A stretch of DNA of 64,000 nucleotides from Eledone cirrhosa (Eukaryota): assembly GCA_964016885.1 (NCBI GenBank), contig OZ024746.1:124001-188000 (forward strand), read 5' to 3'. A model generated the notes under the pieces. It worked only from the letters and a program-made list of their open reading frames with translations, did not search any database and had not been told where the DNA came from. Below, piece after piece: positions 51,801-62,359 of this stretch. The first letter of the stretch is position 1. The number at the start of each line of letters is the position of its first letter. The position numbers and the translations under genes were made by a program.

Positions 51801-54800
51801 AATAGTTCAGATACACTGTTATCTATTCATAAAAACTATTAAATTTTTACTTATAAAAATAATGTATATCTATTTAATTTTGTCTCACAAAATAATGTGT
51901 ATTTGTTGATTTTGCACTATCATCATCATCATCACCGTTTTACGTCCATTCTTCCACGCTAGCATGGGTTAGACGGGTTGTCCTGTTGTGGGCAGTGTCC
52001 GGTCGGCTGACCATGCTTTGCTCATGCGGGAACTGATTCTGGCTTGATTTCTACAGCTGGATGCCCTTCCTAACACCAACCTCATTTACAGTGAGTGCTG
52101 GGTGCTTTTTTGCCGTGGCACCTCCACGACCACTTGGCAGTGGGAGGGTGTGGGGGCATATTGTCTATATGCTTCATTTCGGCTTGTACCTGTGGGGGGT
52201 CAGGTCTTCTGTATTACTGTGTGACGCCAGAGGTCACGGTCGTGTGTCATCGCCTTTGAGAGGTGTAATTGTGTAAGGTCGGCTTTTATCACCTCATCCC
52301 AGGTCTTCTTGGGTCTGCCCTCTCCACTCCGCGGTTTCCATTGACTTCTAGTGCCCTGCACCTTTTTATGCAGCTGTCATCCTTCATACGCCTCACTTGT
52401 CCATACCAACGCAACCGCCTCTCCTACACACAGCATTTGATTCCTCTTATGCTCAGTCTCTCTCTCAATTCATTTATGCTTTGCCGTTTGCGTATATTAC
52501 TATTACACATCCATAGGAGCATGCAGGCTTCGTTTCTTTCTAATCTACGCAAGTCTTCCACAGACAGCGTACCAGGTCTCACTACCATGTAACATTGATG
52601 TTCGTATACACGCATCATACAGTCTGCCTTTCATTTTGAGGGAAAAGCCTTTTGCAGCTAGCAGTAGCTCCCTGAACTTCTTCCATCCCATTCTTACCTA
52701 GTTATTGTACTTTCCGAACACCCACCTCCGCTGCTAATTTGGTCACCTAGGTAGCAGAAGCTGTCTACTGTTTCTACAGAGCCCCCCAGAGTTTGGTAGT
52801 ACTTGTTTCCTGTGGCTGTTTGCTGCTCCAGCACAGCTGCTATATGTGAAGCCTACATTCTTAGTTAAGCTTCCTGAGATCCCACTATATCTCTTTTGCA
52901 CCCATTGTTTGCATTTGGGGCAGAGAATGGAGTTCCTGTGGTGAGAAAGCTAGTCCACTTACCGCGAGTCTGCTGGTTCACTCAAAGCCGTGCATCAATC
53001 TTTGTGTTATAATCCATTTGCCAAGCTGCAGCTTCATCTTGTACGTCCGTCTTTCTCCAAGTCAAAGCAAGAGACGCAGCCTACAGACGGCGCCTCGGAA
53101 ATGCATCTGACGTCACTCCTCCTCTGCCTCCGGTCAAGCATCCCCAGCTTCCAGTCACCTCTTCCACACAGCCCCCCCCCCCCTGATCTCAAGGATCAAT
53201 CTCCCCCTCACACTGCTGCATATGATAATCTGCCGTCCACCCAGGCAGTCGGCGATCCCATTGCGATCTCCGTAATGTTGGGGCGGCGCTTTCGATTTCC
53301 TCTTCCTCAGAGTCTGTCAACACTACGATTCTACGGACATGCAGGACATGACATGGCACTCCGTCCACAGAGATGTTATTCTGGGAATTTACGGCCGGTA
53401 CCGTTCCCTTTCCCCATTGAGATGTGCAGCGTGTGTCTGGGGGTTTAACCCAGACTTCCTCGCCCACCTGTACAAATGCGTTCTCTCTCTCTACTGGCCG
53501 TTGTGGTACCGTGTACGGGTGCCGCCACTCGTATTTGTATATCGCTCTGTTTGGCACCGATTCCTCAGCCTGTCTCACTCAAGGTACATGTTGTACCAAA
53601 ACACTGTCTCTATTGGTGAGATGTGCCCCCGTCCGCCATTGCTTTGATTGTGTGGTGGTGTCGCTCCACGATCCCATTTCCGCTTGGCCTGTATGCTGCT
53701 CTGAAGAAGCGGTCCACCTTCCACCCATCAAGCATTTCCCACAGTGCCTCCGAGCGGAACACTGCGCTATTATCCATCAGCAGTTCATCCATAGGGCCCC
53801 GCTCCAAGAATATCTCTCTCAACGTCCGTGTGATTTCCTCCGCAGTTCCCATCTTCATTTCCCTCCATATCGCCATCCGTCCCAGTCCACAATCAACCAT
53901 CGAGAGGTATGTTCCCTGTCGGTAGTGTGTTACGTCCACCGCCAATCGCTTCCAGTTGCAGCCTCTGGACACTGTCTCTGCTAATGTCGGAATCGATTCT
54001 CCTGGCTAGGAACAGGGTCCTATCCACTCCCATGTGGTGCATGGCATGCAACCCTTTATGGTCCGACTAGCTCACTCGACACACAGCGGCTATCCCCTCT
54101 TCTGCATCCTCCGGCGCTTCCATCCAGGCTTTCTTCACCCTGGTTAAAACGTCTGCTCTATTTTTCTCTGAGGGCACGAAGATTACACTCAACTTCAGGC
54201 CGAACTTGGTGGCCAGCTCTCCTAGAGTTCCCAGGCGGCGCTTTATCAGCATTTCTGCCGCCCCTCTTGTTCGCACTCTCTTCTCACTGGTAAGCACTGA
54301 CCTCACCCATCCGAGTACAGTTGCCGAGTCGGTGTGAATCTTGATGGTGCGCAGTCCCCACCTCAAGGTGAGGTTCACCCCTCTCAACACAGCGTCCAGC
54401 TCGGACACATTGATGTGGTTACAATCATCTTTCTTCCTGAGCCAGGCTGCATCCTCGACCTCGACACCTCCTATTTCCAGTGTGACACCTAACGCTATGC
54501 TGCTGGCATCACACCATTCGGTCCCGCTCTGCGATTCGGGGACATACCAGCATCCTCGCACCGGGTCATCGGCCTTCACCCTCCCCACGATCCTCTGCAT
54601 CATGGCCATCATTTCTCTCCCACCTTGTCACTCCAAGTCACCCCGTCCGCTCGTCTCTTGACATAGCTGCATGCCGTCCGGACCCACCCAGCGATTGGGT
54701 AGTGACCCACCAATTTTCCACACACCGAGAAGAGTTCCTGTCTATTCATATTTGGGCCCAGTTCCGGGACTTCATTTCCCCTCCGAAATACCAACGTGCC

Positions 54801-57569
54801 CATCTTGTCTCTTCACAGCCTAAGTCCTAGTGCGGCTCCTCCCACCAACGCATCTGACGGCTTCGCAGTCAATTCGTATCCTCGCAAATGGCTTGTGACC
54901 TCTGCCGCCGACACTATAGTCTCGTCCACTAAGATGTCATCGATGTAGGAATTGGTGGCCCTCTTCATCTTGTCGGCCTTTCCCAGAATGGTCTTGAGGA
55001 CCGCCGCCATGATCTTCGGTGCAGAGTTCAGCCCGAAACCAAGCCTGGTCAGGCAATATGTCCGGCCCTTATACCTGACAAGCTGATACTGCCACAGCTT
55101 CTCCTCCACGTGTAGCTGTAGATATGCCGACTTTAAGTCGACAATCGTGGAAGCCCCCGTCATACGTCTCCACTTGTGCAAAGTTTCCCCGCAGACATCC
55201 GTCACCTCACCATCCGTGTGACACGACACATGCTCGTTCAGCTCCCGAAAATCCAACACTGGTCTCACCTTGTTCTTTGTGGGTTGCACCACAGCCATTA
55301 ACGGCAGCACCCCACACTTCACCTCCTCCTTCCAGGGAACCAGTATGCCGTCCTCGATCCATCTCTCTACCTCTTGCTCAAACTCTCTCCTAGTATCTCC
55401 TTTCAGTGTGTGCTGATAGCAACCCACTTTGTTCTTCAGTGTTGGCGGTTCTCCCTTCCAGTACCACTCAACAATCCATCGTTGCCCGTCGAACACGGCC
55501 TTGAAGTCCTTATCCTGTACGGTGTGAGCGGCATAATTTTCCTCGTGGGCCTTCTCGCCCTCCTGACGCATACTAACAGCGCATGCTGGTGCAGCGCTAC
55601 CAAATGTTACTCCGACATTGTTCACTATGTCGCCTCCTAATCGCCCAATCGTGTCCATGCCCATAACCACGTTAATTCCATCCACTACGCAGTCGACCAC
55701 AATGGCTGAAAGCCTAATTCTCTTTCCCCTTACCACCATCTCCACTTCGCTGCGACCTCTACCTTCAATATTCCTGCCATCGACTGCCCTTTTGATGCTC
55801 CCCCCCCCTGTAGTCACCAGTGTCTTTGTACATCCCGTGGCCACAAGGGCTCGTAAAGGCTTTCCCTTCACCAGGACTTTCACCACAGGCAGCGCCTGTA
55901 CACTCGAGGGTAGCTACCGGCGCAATAGCCCCCCTTGGACCGTTTCCCTGGTCGCAATTGGTAGCGATGTGGCCCAGCCGCCTACACCGGTAGCAAATTA
56001 TGTCTGGTTTCGACTCACCATGTGCGCACCCATCAAATCTCTCGCCATGTGCGCACCCTGGCACCTATAACAACGACCCCTAAATGTGCGTGGGCGACTG
56101 TTCGTCACCCTTTCGGCATTTCGCTGTCGGCTGCCCCGGGCCTCCATCGCTGCTATTGCCGCAACACTCTACTTAGCATCTTCCGCTATGATGTGGGCTT
56201 GCTCTACCAATGTACACAGCTCCATTTTCTTGTAGCCAGGTATTTGCTGCAGTCTCACTGCGATGTCATCCGCAAATCTGTTTATAAATGCCAGCCGCAC
56301 TGCACACTCGCACTCAACCTGAAACCCTGCCAGCATGGCCAATCTTCTTATCTCCGCAGCAAAAATATCCACACGCTGACCTTCCCACCTTATCCTTGCC
56401 AGCTTGGCAAACACGGTACACGGACCTTCCGCAAACGCTTCCATCATACGACGCTCAATTTTTTGCGCGTCCCTCTGGCTGATTTCGTCCATCTTGAGGT
56501 ACAATTCTAGCACATCCCCCTCGACATATAGCGCCATGAGACCGGCCACATCGTCTATCTTTTGTAGCTCGGTGACCACCCGGACCTTTCGCATCCAAGC
56601 GATAACGTCTCCTTCACCAGTGAAAGCTTTAAGTACTTCACCAGTGAAAGCTTTAAGTACTTCACCGGTGAAAGCTTTAAGTACTTCACCGGTGAAAGCT
56701 TTAAGTACTTCACTGCTCAACCGTAATCTCGTCGCCATCTCTTTAGTCCTGCGGTAAGTAATAAAACAAGATAGTCTTTGTTTTCGAGTAGCTTTGTCCC
56801 TTCTTTTTTTTTTTTTTTTTTTTTTTTTTTTCTTCAATTGTACGTCTTCATGTGCCGAAATAGCTTGTGGTGAGAAAGCTATTCCACTTACCGCGAGTCT
56901 GCTGGTTCACTCAAAGCCGTGCATCAATCTTTGTGTTATAATCCATTCGCCAAGCTGCATCTTCATCTGGTACGTCCGTCTTTCTCCAAGTCACCGCGAG
57001 AGACGCAGCTTCGGAAATGCATCTGACGTCACTCCTCCTCCGCCTCGGTCAAGCGTCCCCAGCTTCCAGTCACCTCCTCTATACAGCCCCACAGTTCCTA
57101 CATACTGAGCAAGGCCATTTCCCTGAGGGGATCTGGGTTCTGTTTTCTCGTCTACTTACAAGGACCTTAGTCTTTGTCATGTTGACTTTGAGACCCTTTC
57201 TTTGTGTACAACATCATCATCATCATCATCTTCGTTTAACGTCCATCTTCCACGCTAGCATGGGTTAGACGGGAGTTGTTCCACTTGAGGCAAGATTGAT
57301 CGGGTGACCGTGTAACGCTCGTATAGGACTATCTGGCAGGTTTTCTACGGCTGGATGGCCTTCCTAACACCAACCACATTTACAGTATGGAACTGGGAAC
57401 TTTTTACCGTGTTACCTACACGGCCACATTACAGCGTGGAGTGTGTGTTTTTCTGTTGTGACACCTACACGATCTCGATCTCATTATCTCATTTATTTGG
57501 ACTGGATGTGTGTAATGTATATATATCATCATCATCATTTTTATGTCCGTTTTTCCCTGCTTACATGGG

Positions 57570-57618
<49 letters not shown>

Positions 57619-57812
57619 GGATGGCTGTAAAGTTCATAGACTGACTATGAAGGAGTGATGCTAGAGATATGAAGTCTTGCATACATTAAATTCAACTCTT
57701 CTTATTAATAACTGCATTGTTTCTTTCCAGGAACTAGGTTGAAAAATAAACCACATTTGGTCATTACATGAGAGTATCTTGGTCAGCCTATGATTTTTTC
57801 AGTTGACCCTCG

Positions 57813-57843
<31 letters not shown>

Positions 57844-60800
57844 GTTGAGTATATGTTGGTTGTATACCAACACCTCAGTATGCAGATTGGAGCACTCGAC
57901 GAAGTGCGCAGGTTGGTTTGGTTACTCCGGAGTAATGTAAAATAAACTAAAATAAATAAGTCAAACATTTAAAATTTGGCTTCATTTATTACTGCTATAT
58001 ATATTTCGGTGACAGCCATCTTTGGTTGTGACCTCTTCAGGCAGTCCAAATTAGTGTGGTAGAGACGAGTACACATGTTGTTGAGGTGTTTAACTTTGTC
58101 AATACTCTGATATGCCCAGTTCCTGGTTGGGTTGTTATTTCACTGAGGAACTGGAATCATATGAATTTAAACAAACGAATTTCAGTGTCAAAGGACATCC
58201 TCTCCCCCCTTTGGTCAGTTGTGAGAACATTCCTCAGTCAAAAGTTTATAGAAATTCGTTCTGAGTCGAGGCAATCTGTAGTGGTTGTTTTTGTTATTGT
58301 TAAGTACATCTGACCTCTACTCTTATGTTGGTAGTGGTGTTGGTGTTGGAGTCAGCTTAATTCCAGCTGCTGCTGATTTTAGATGGATCTGTGTGTGTGT
58401 GTTGGCATCTTTCCTGCCACCATTTCTCGTGGTGGTGAGGGTGGGGGTGCCAAGCATATGAAAAAATAAAAGGCAATAAAATGAAGAAAATAGAAAATGA
58501 AAATAAGATAATATAAGCAAATAATTAAACAAAAAGATGATAAAATGGTAGAAGGAATAAGATGATAAAAGAATAAAATAAGATAATCAAATAAAATGTG
58601 TGTGTGTTATAACCAATCTCAAGGTTAGAAAGATTTGTAAGATCCACTCCTCCCATTGGTCAGTTGTGAGAGCATTCCTCAGTCAAAAGTCTATAGAAAT
58701 TCTTTCTGGGGTGAGGCGATCTGTAGTGTTTGTTTTTGCTATTGTTAAGTACATCTGACTTCTACCCTTATTTTGGTAGTGGTGTTGGTGCTGCGGTCAG
58801 CCTAGGTCTTGCTGCTGTTGATTTTAGAAGGTTCTGTGTGTGTGTTGCCATCCATCCTGCCACCATTTCTCGTGGTGGTGATGATGGGGGGTTTGTGTCA
58901 TGCATATGAAGAAATAAAAGGCAATAAAATGAAGAAAATAGAAAATAAATGAAAAATAAAAAAAGGAAGATTCAAATAAAATGTGTGTGTGTTATAACCA
59001 ATCTCAAAGTTAGAAAGATGTTGGCCAAATTAGAAAGGCTGTATCAGAATCAATCTCTAGGCTATCATGGTGTCTGCTCAGCCTAGATGGGTCCCTATGG
59101 CTTGAGGGGAGTTCCCAGCCTATGGTGTTGTTACCGTCCATATAGCTTGAGGGAGGTCCGGCCCAGAGGTGTCTACATGTTCTGGAGAAGTCCCTATAGC
59201 TTGAGGGGAGTTCACATCTCAGTGTGTTGTTACTGTCCATATAGCTTGAGGAAGGTCCCGGCCCTGAGGTGTTTACATGTCCCGAAGAAGTCGGTTCTGA
59301 GGTTTATCAGGCGGCTTCCACCTCTTAGTATCTCGAGGGTCTCGAGATACTATATGTATATATAATAAATATTTGTATATATATATATAATATTTGCTCT
59401 ACGGTTCTTATATATTTGATATATATTTATCCTTATCGAGCTCTCTTTGGATTTTAGTCTTCATATTTGTTATTATTACTATATATGTATATATATATAT
59501 ATATAAACATGCACACACATACATATATATATATACATACCATGCACACACATACGCACATATATATATATACATGCACACACATACCACCATCATTTAA
59601 CATTGGTTTTTCCATCAGTTTTCTGTGTATATATAAGCTGTTCAATTTTTATCTAAAAACTTAATCTCTCTCTCTCTCATTTGGAAAAGAGTCAGGACCC
59701 CAACGGCTGAGCTCCAGCCGTCTCAACAGCTAGATCTGAACTGTCGAAACGGCCGGAGCTCAGCCGTTGTGGTCCTGACTCTTTTCCTATTACCCACTCT
59801 ACTACCCTAAATATTGAGTACTATGGTGCGTTATAGTCCACCTGGTTCCTTACCACACTTTCTTTGTTCTCTCTCTCTCTCTGTCTTTCTTTATATATAT
59901 ATATTTATATATATATATATAGGAAAATGTTTGACCCCGACGGCAGTGCTCAAGCCGTTTCGTCGAAACGGCTTGAGCTCTGCCGTCGGGGTCAAACATT
60001 TTCCTATTACCCACTCTACTATCCTAAGTATTGAGTACTCTGGTGCGTTATGTCCATCTGGTTCCTTACCACACCTCTTTCGTTATATATATATATTAGT
60101 TTTATGTCAATCAAGATTTTGTTCCTACTTTAAAAGTTATCAATACTATTTCATTATGTAACTTTATTATTTATATAATTTCTTTTTATAATAATAATAC
60201 TTAATATATATTTATATGAAAGTGAAGTTGATTAGCTGTAATTAGTGACAAGTCTACAGCTGTTGTTTAGTGTAACCTAGTTAATAGGTGAACCAGTTCT
60301 AGGGATATAATAATAGGCACAGATAAGATAGACATTAGATATTGGGTGTATGTGTGTAGGAGAGAGAAGTGTGTGTATGTGAGAGAGAGGCAGTGTGTGT
60401 ATATGAAAGAGAGGGGCAGTGTGTGGGAAAAAGCTGTAGTGTGTATGTGTGTGCATGTGAAAGATAGTGTTGGAGAAAGAAAAAACGTGAGTGTATGTGT
60501 GAGTGAAAAAGTTTTTGTGAATGTATGCGTGAGTGAAAGAGAGTTGCATATGTGTGCGCAAGTGTTTGTGAGTGAGAGCGACTGTGACTGATTTTGTGTG
60601 TGTGTGTGTGTATATACTTGAGAGAGTGAGAATGTATGTGTTTATGTGTGAGAGAGAGTTTGATTGAGTGTGAGCATGTGTCTGTGTGTGTGTATATTCT
60701 GAGTCAATTCTAATTCTTTTTAGTGATGTGATGTAAAATTTGTGTTTGTATTGGAGACCAGGTTCTCACGGCATAGAAACTGTGATGTTATGTAACATTT

Positions 60801-61578
60801 AATTAAAAATAGTCATCAAAGGGTTAAAACTCCTAACAATGGTCTAGATATCTAAAGCTCAATAGTCTCAATTTTGTATTTAGAATTAATGATTTCTATT
60901 TTTGCACAAGGCCAGCAATTCTGAGGGAAGTTGATTATACAAAACCCCAGTATTTGACTGGTACTATATTTTATTGACCCCAGTATTTTACTGGTACTAT
61001 ATTTTATTGACCCCAGAAGGATGAAAGGCATAATTGACATCAGTCGGATTGGAAATTGGAATGTAAAATATCAGAATTAATACCTTAGGCATTTTTTCTG
61101 ATGCTGTAATTATTGTCAAGCAACTACCTTCACCATCATCAATGTTTAACGTACATTTTACCACACTAGCATGGTTTAGAGGAGTTGTCGCATTGTAAGA
61201 CAAGCCAGGTCAGATGACCATGTCTTGTTCATACAGAACTGATTTTAGCTTGGTTTCTACGGCTGGATGCCCTTCCTAGTGCCAACTACATTTACAGTGT
61301 GGACTGGGCAATTTTTAGTTGTGACACCAACACGACCATTTTACAGTGTGGACTGGATACTTTTTTAGACATACTAATGTTTTGTTTTGTATTTTGTATT
61401 TCAGGAGTATGTTTCACCATACTTTGGCATCAAATCAGCCAGTGAAAGAAGAATGGAAATAATTGAGAACAGTGTTTTGGAGATGCAAAACAATATGGTA
61501 GAGACAATGAAGAAAGTACAAGATGTTGTTGATACTATACAACAACAACAGTTATTGTTAAATGAAGAACTTCTTAAG
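39802..61578 (+). CDS. PEX14: Peroxisomal membrane protein PEX14, 5' part (exons 39802-39828, 44479-44541, 48122-48206, 48739-48858, 49952-50046, 61405-61578; 188 aa); presumably continues beyond the window
   Basis: Spliced translation LIHTAVSFLQHSKVRNTSIEHKKSFLKRKGLTDEDILEAF (Pex14_N signature), AWSRVRETVVAGILLWGI...YQEYVSPYFG hydrophobic segment, then coiled coil; all intron phases compatible. Confidence 0.92.
42070..42760 (+). mobile_element. RTE LINE 3' fragment (young family)
   Basis: EDLRRLERNE..MLRWMC...RRLRWYGHV.R...GRPKKTW; full 3' UTR and tail. Confidence 0.92.
42945..43100. repeat. About 38-bp tandem repeat x4
   Basis: actgtgacagcagg..gagtct...agaactc. Confidence 0.7.
44479..44541 (+). 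CDS. PEX14: PEX14 exon 2 (TVEMASNVQSPLTEETASGKL)
   Basis: tttatag acceptor, CTG|gtaatt donor, phase 0. Confidence 0.75.
44620..44885. repeat. Minisatellite (about 45 bp) derived from the RTE 3' UTR unit
   Basis: cactgtaaagtggtagt...gccatgataaaatacacccagta; also present at 50870-51005. Confidence 0.75.
47059..47790 (+). mobile_element. CR1 LINE endonuclease fragment
   Basis: IAGDFNH..MDW...QVV.SPTRGDNTLDLIFT...LGD.DH; NPDSKVFWKYV shared with 21930-21965. Confidence 0.85.
48122..48206 (+). CDS. PEX14: PEX14 exon 3 (Pex14_N)
   Basis: tttcag / AAAG|gtaaac; IHTAVSFLQHSKVRNTSIEHKKSFLKRK. Confidence 0.93.
48739..48858 (+). CDS. PEX14: PEX14 exon 4
   Basis: tttacag acceptor; GLTDEDILEAFRRSG...QQQPTIQ; weak donor A|gtacaa, phase 1. 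Confidence 0.85.
48978..49255 (+). mobile_element. Old tRNA-derived SINE
   Basis: ggaggcacgtggcctagaggtaagg head; cttgagcaaaacacttcatttc..ttgctccagt body shared with the 29683 SINE. Confidence 0.7.
49952..50046 (+). CDS. PEX14: PEX14 exon 5 (hydrophobic/membrane segment)
   Basis: ctacag / CAG|gtaagt; PHVTAWSRVRETVVAGILLWGISKGAHKIYQ. Confidence 0.9.
51060..51455. repeat. 26-bp minisatellite, about 15 copies
   Basis: catgataacctctctagtgttgaaga. Confidence 0.92.
53189..55886 (-). pseudogene. Gypsy pol (PR-RT-RH-IN), broken by stops and frameshifts
   Basis: ORFs 54813-55886, 54609-54803, 54067-54612, 53610-53972, 53189-53578. Confidence 0.9.
56169..56738 (-). pseudogene. Gypsy gag (premature stop; 24-bp in-frame tandem EVLKAFTG x4)
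   Basis: ORF track 56169-56837; ATG at 56738. Confidence 0.8.
57615..57812. mobile_element. Mariner-derived MITE in (TA)n
   Basis: Imperfect TIRs tgagggatggctgtaaagttcatagactgac / gtcagcctatgattttttcagttgaccctcg flanked by TA. Confidence 0.7.
57850..59345 (-). mobile_element. Hammerhead-bearing repeat with about 440-bp tandem duplication (Penelope-like terminal region or retrozyme-like)
   Basis: 58190-58630 and 58635-59020 are diverged copies; short tandem units at 59085-59290; hammerhead at the 3' end; (TA)n flanks. Confidence 0.45.
57991..58045 (-). ncRNA. Type I hammerhead ribozyme motif (Penelope/retrozyme-like minimal stem III)
   Basis: ACTGC-CTGAAGA-GGTCACAACCAAAGATGGCTGTCACC-GAAA-TATATA-TA-GCAGT: 5-bp stem I, intact core, long stem II, palindromic stem III. 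Confidence 0.75.
59683..60085 (-). mobile_element. Two tandem copies of a hairpin-forming short element
   Basis: Hairpins 59683-59787 and 59919-60007, each followed by attacccactctacta.cctaa.tattgagtactct..ggtgcgtta. Confidence 0.8.
61405..61578 (+). CDS. PEX14: PEX14 exon 6 (coiled coil)
   Basis: tttcag / AAG|gtagct; EYVSPYFGIKSASERRMEIIENSVLEMQNNMVETMKKVQ. Confidence 0.88.
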
Positions 61579-61829
61579 GTAGCTTCTTAAAAAGGTCTAT
61601 CATTATCACACACATCATTTAACGTCTATTTTTCGCCGCTTGCCTGGGTTAGAGGGGTTGTCATATGAGATAAATCAGGTGGTCTTTGGACCTGACTTAT
61701 CTCATAACATAACAACCCATCTAACCCACGCAAGCATGGAAAATGAACCTGGTGATGTCACACACACACACACAAAGTGAGTGTGTATATATATACAGAT
61801 ATACATACATAATATATATATTTATATAT

Positions 61830-62330
61830 ATCATCATCATCATCATCATTTAACGTCCATTTTCCATGCTAGCATGGGTTAGACGGGATAGTCCTACTTG
61901 AGGCAAGATTGGTCGGGTGACCGTGTCTCGCTCGTATAGGACTGTATCTGGCAGGTTTTCTATGGCTGGATGCCCTTCCTAACACCAACCACATTTGTAG
62001 TGTGGACTGGGAAACTTTTTACGTGTCTCCTACATTACAGCATGGACTGTGTTTTGTCGTGACACCTACACAATCATTCTACAGAGAAAGAGTGTGGGTG
62101 AAGTGGAATGATGGAGTAGGGAGTAGGGTGTATATTTGGTTAAGGGGTGCCTGCTGACTGTAGGTTTAACTTTGTATGCAAGGGAAGGTGTGACTTCTGT
62201 ATTACTGCGTAGCGCCAAAGGTAACATTGTCTTAAAGAGGTGTAAGTGTGTAAGGTCAGTTTTTATCACCTCATCCCAGGTTTTTCTGGGTCTACCTACT
62301 CCATAACTTCCATCAATTTTGATTGCTCTA
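61830..62330 (-). mobile_element. RTE 3' end
   Basis: RAIKIDGSYGVGRPRKTWDEVI; (cat)n tail. Confidence 0.85.
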
Positions 62331-62359
62331 TATATACACACACACACGCATATATATAT

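Larger units (their letters stand above)
52937..57093 (-). mobile_element. Gypsy-like LTR retrotransposon (about 4.16 kb), decayed; 5' LTR 56866-57093, 3' LTR 52937-about 53175; 5-bp TSD GTTCC
   Basis: Direct LTRs with TG..CA outer ends; gag, CCHC (CYRC...GH....C), protease (LVATG), RT (VLDFRELN, DLKSAYLQ, FGLNSAP, YIDD), RNase H (CDAS, DSATV, NRADVL), integrase (VDVTH, MDN, GNGIVER). Confidence 0.95.
51920..57200 (-). mobile_element. RTE LINE 3' part (51920-52936 and 57094-57200) split by a Gypsy insertion
   Basis: RTE sequence resumes on both sides of the LTR element. Confidence 0.9.

Noticed and set aside
56739-56837. Poly-Lys N-terminal extension of gag
   Set aside because: Translation of a poly-A tract in the element leader; the likely start is the ATG at 56738
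61579-61590. PEX14 terminating at VAS*
   Set aside because: AAG|gtagct is a plausible donor and PEX14 normally has a longer C-terminus; downstream exons are likely outside the window
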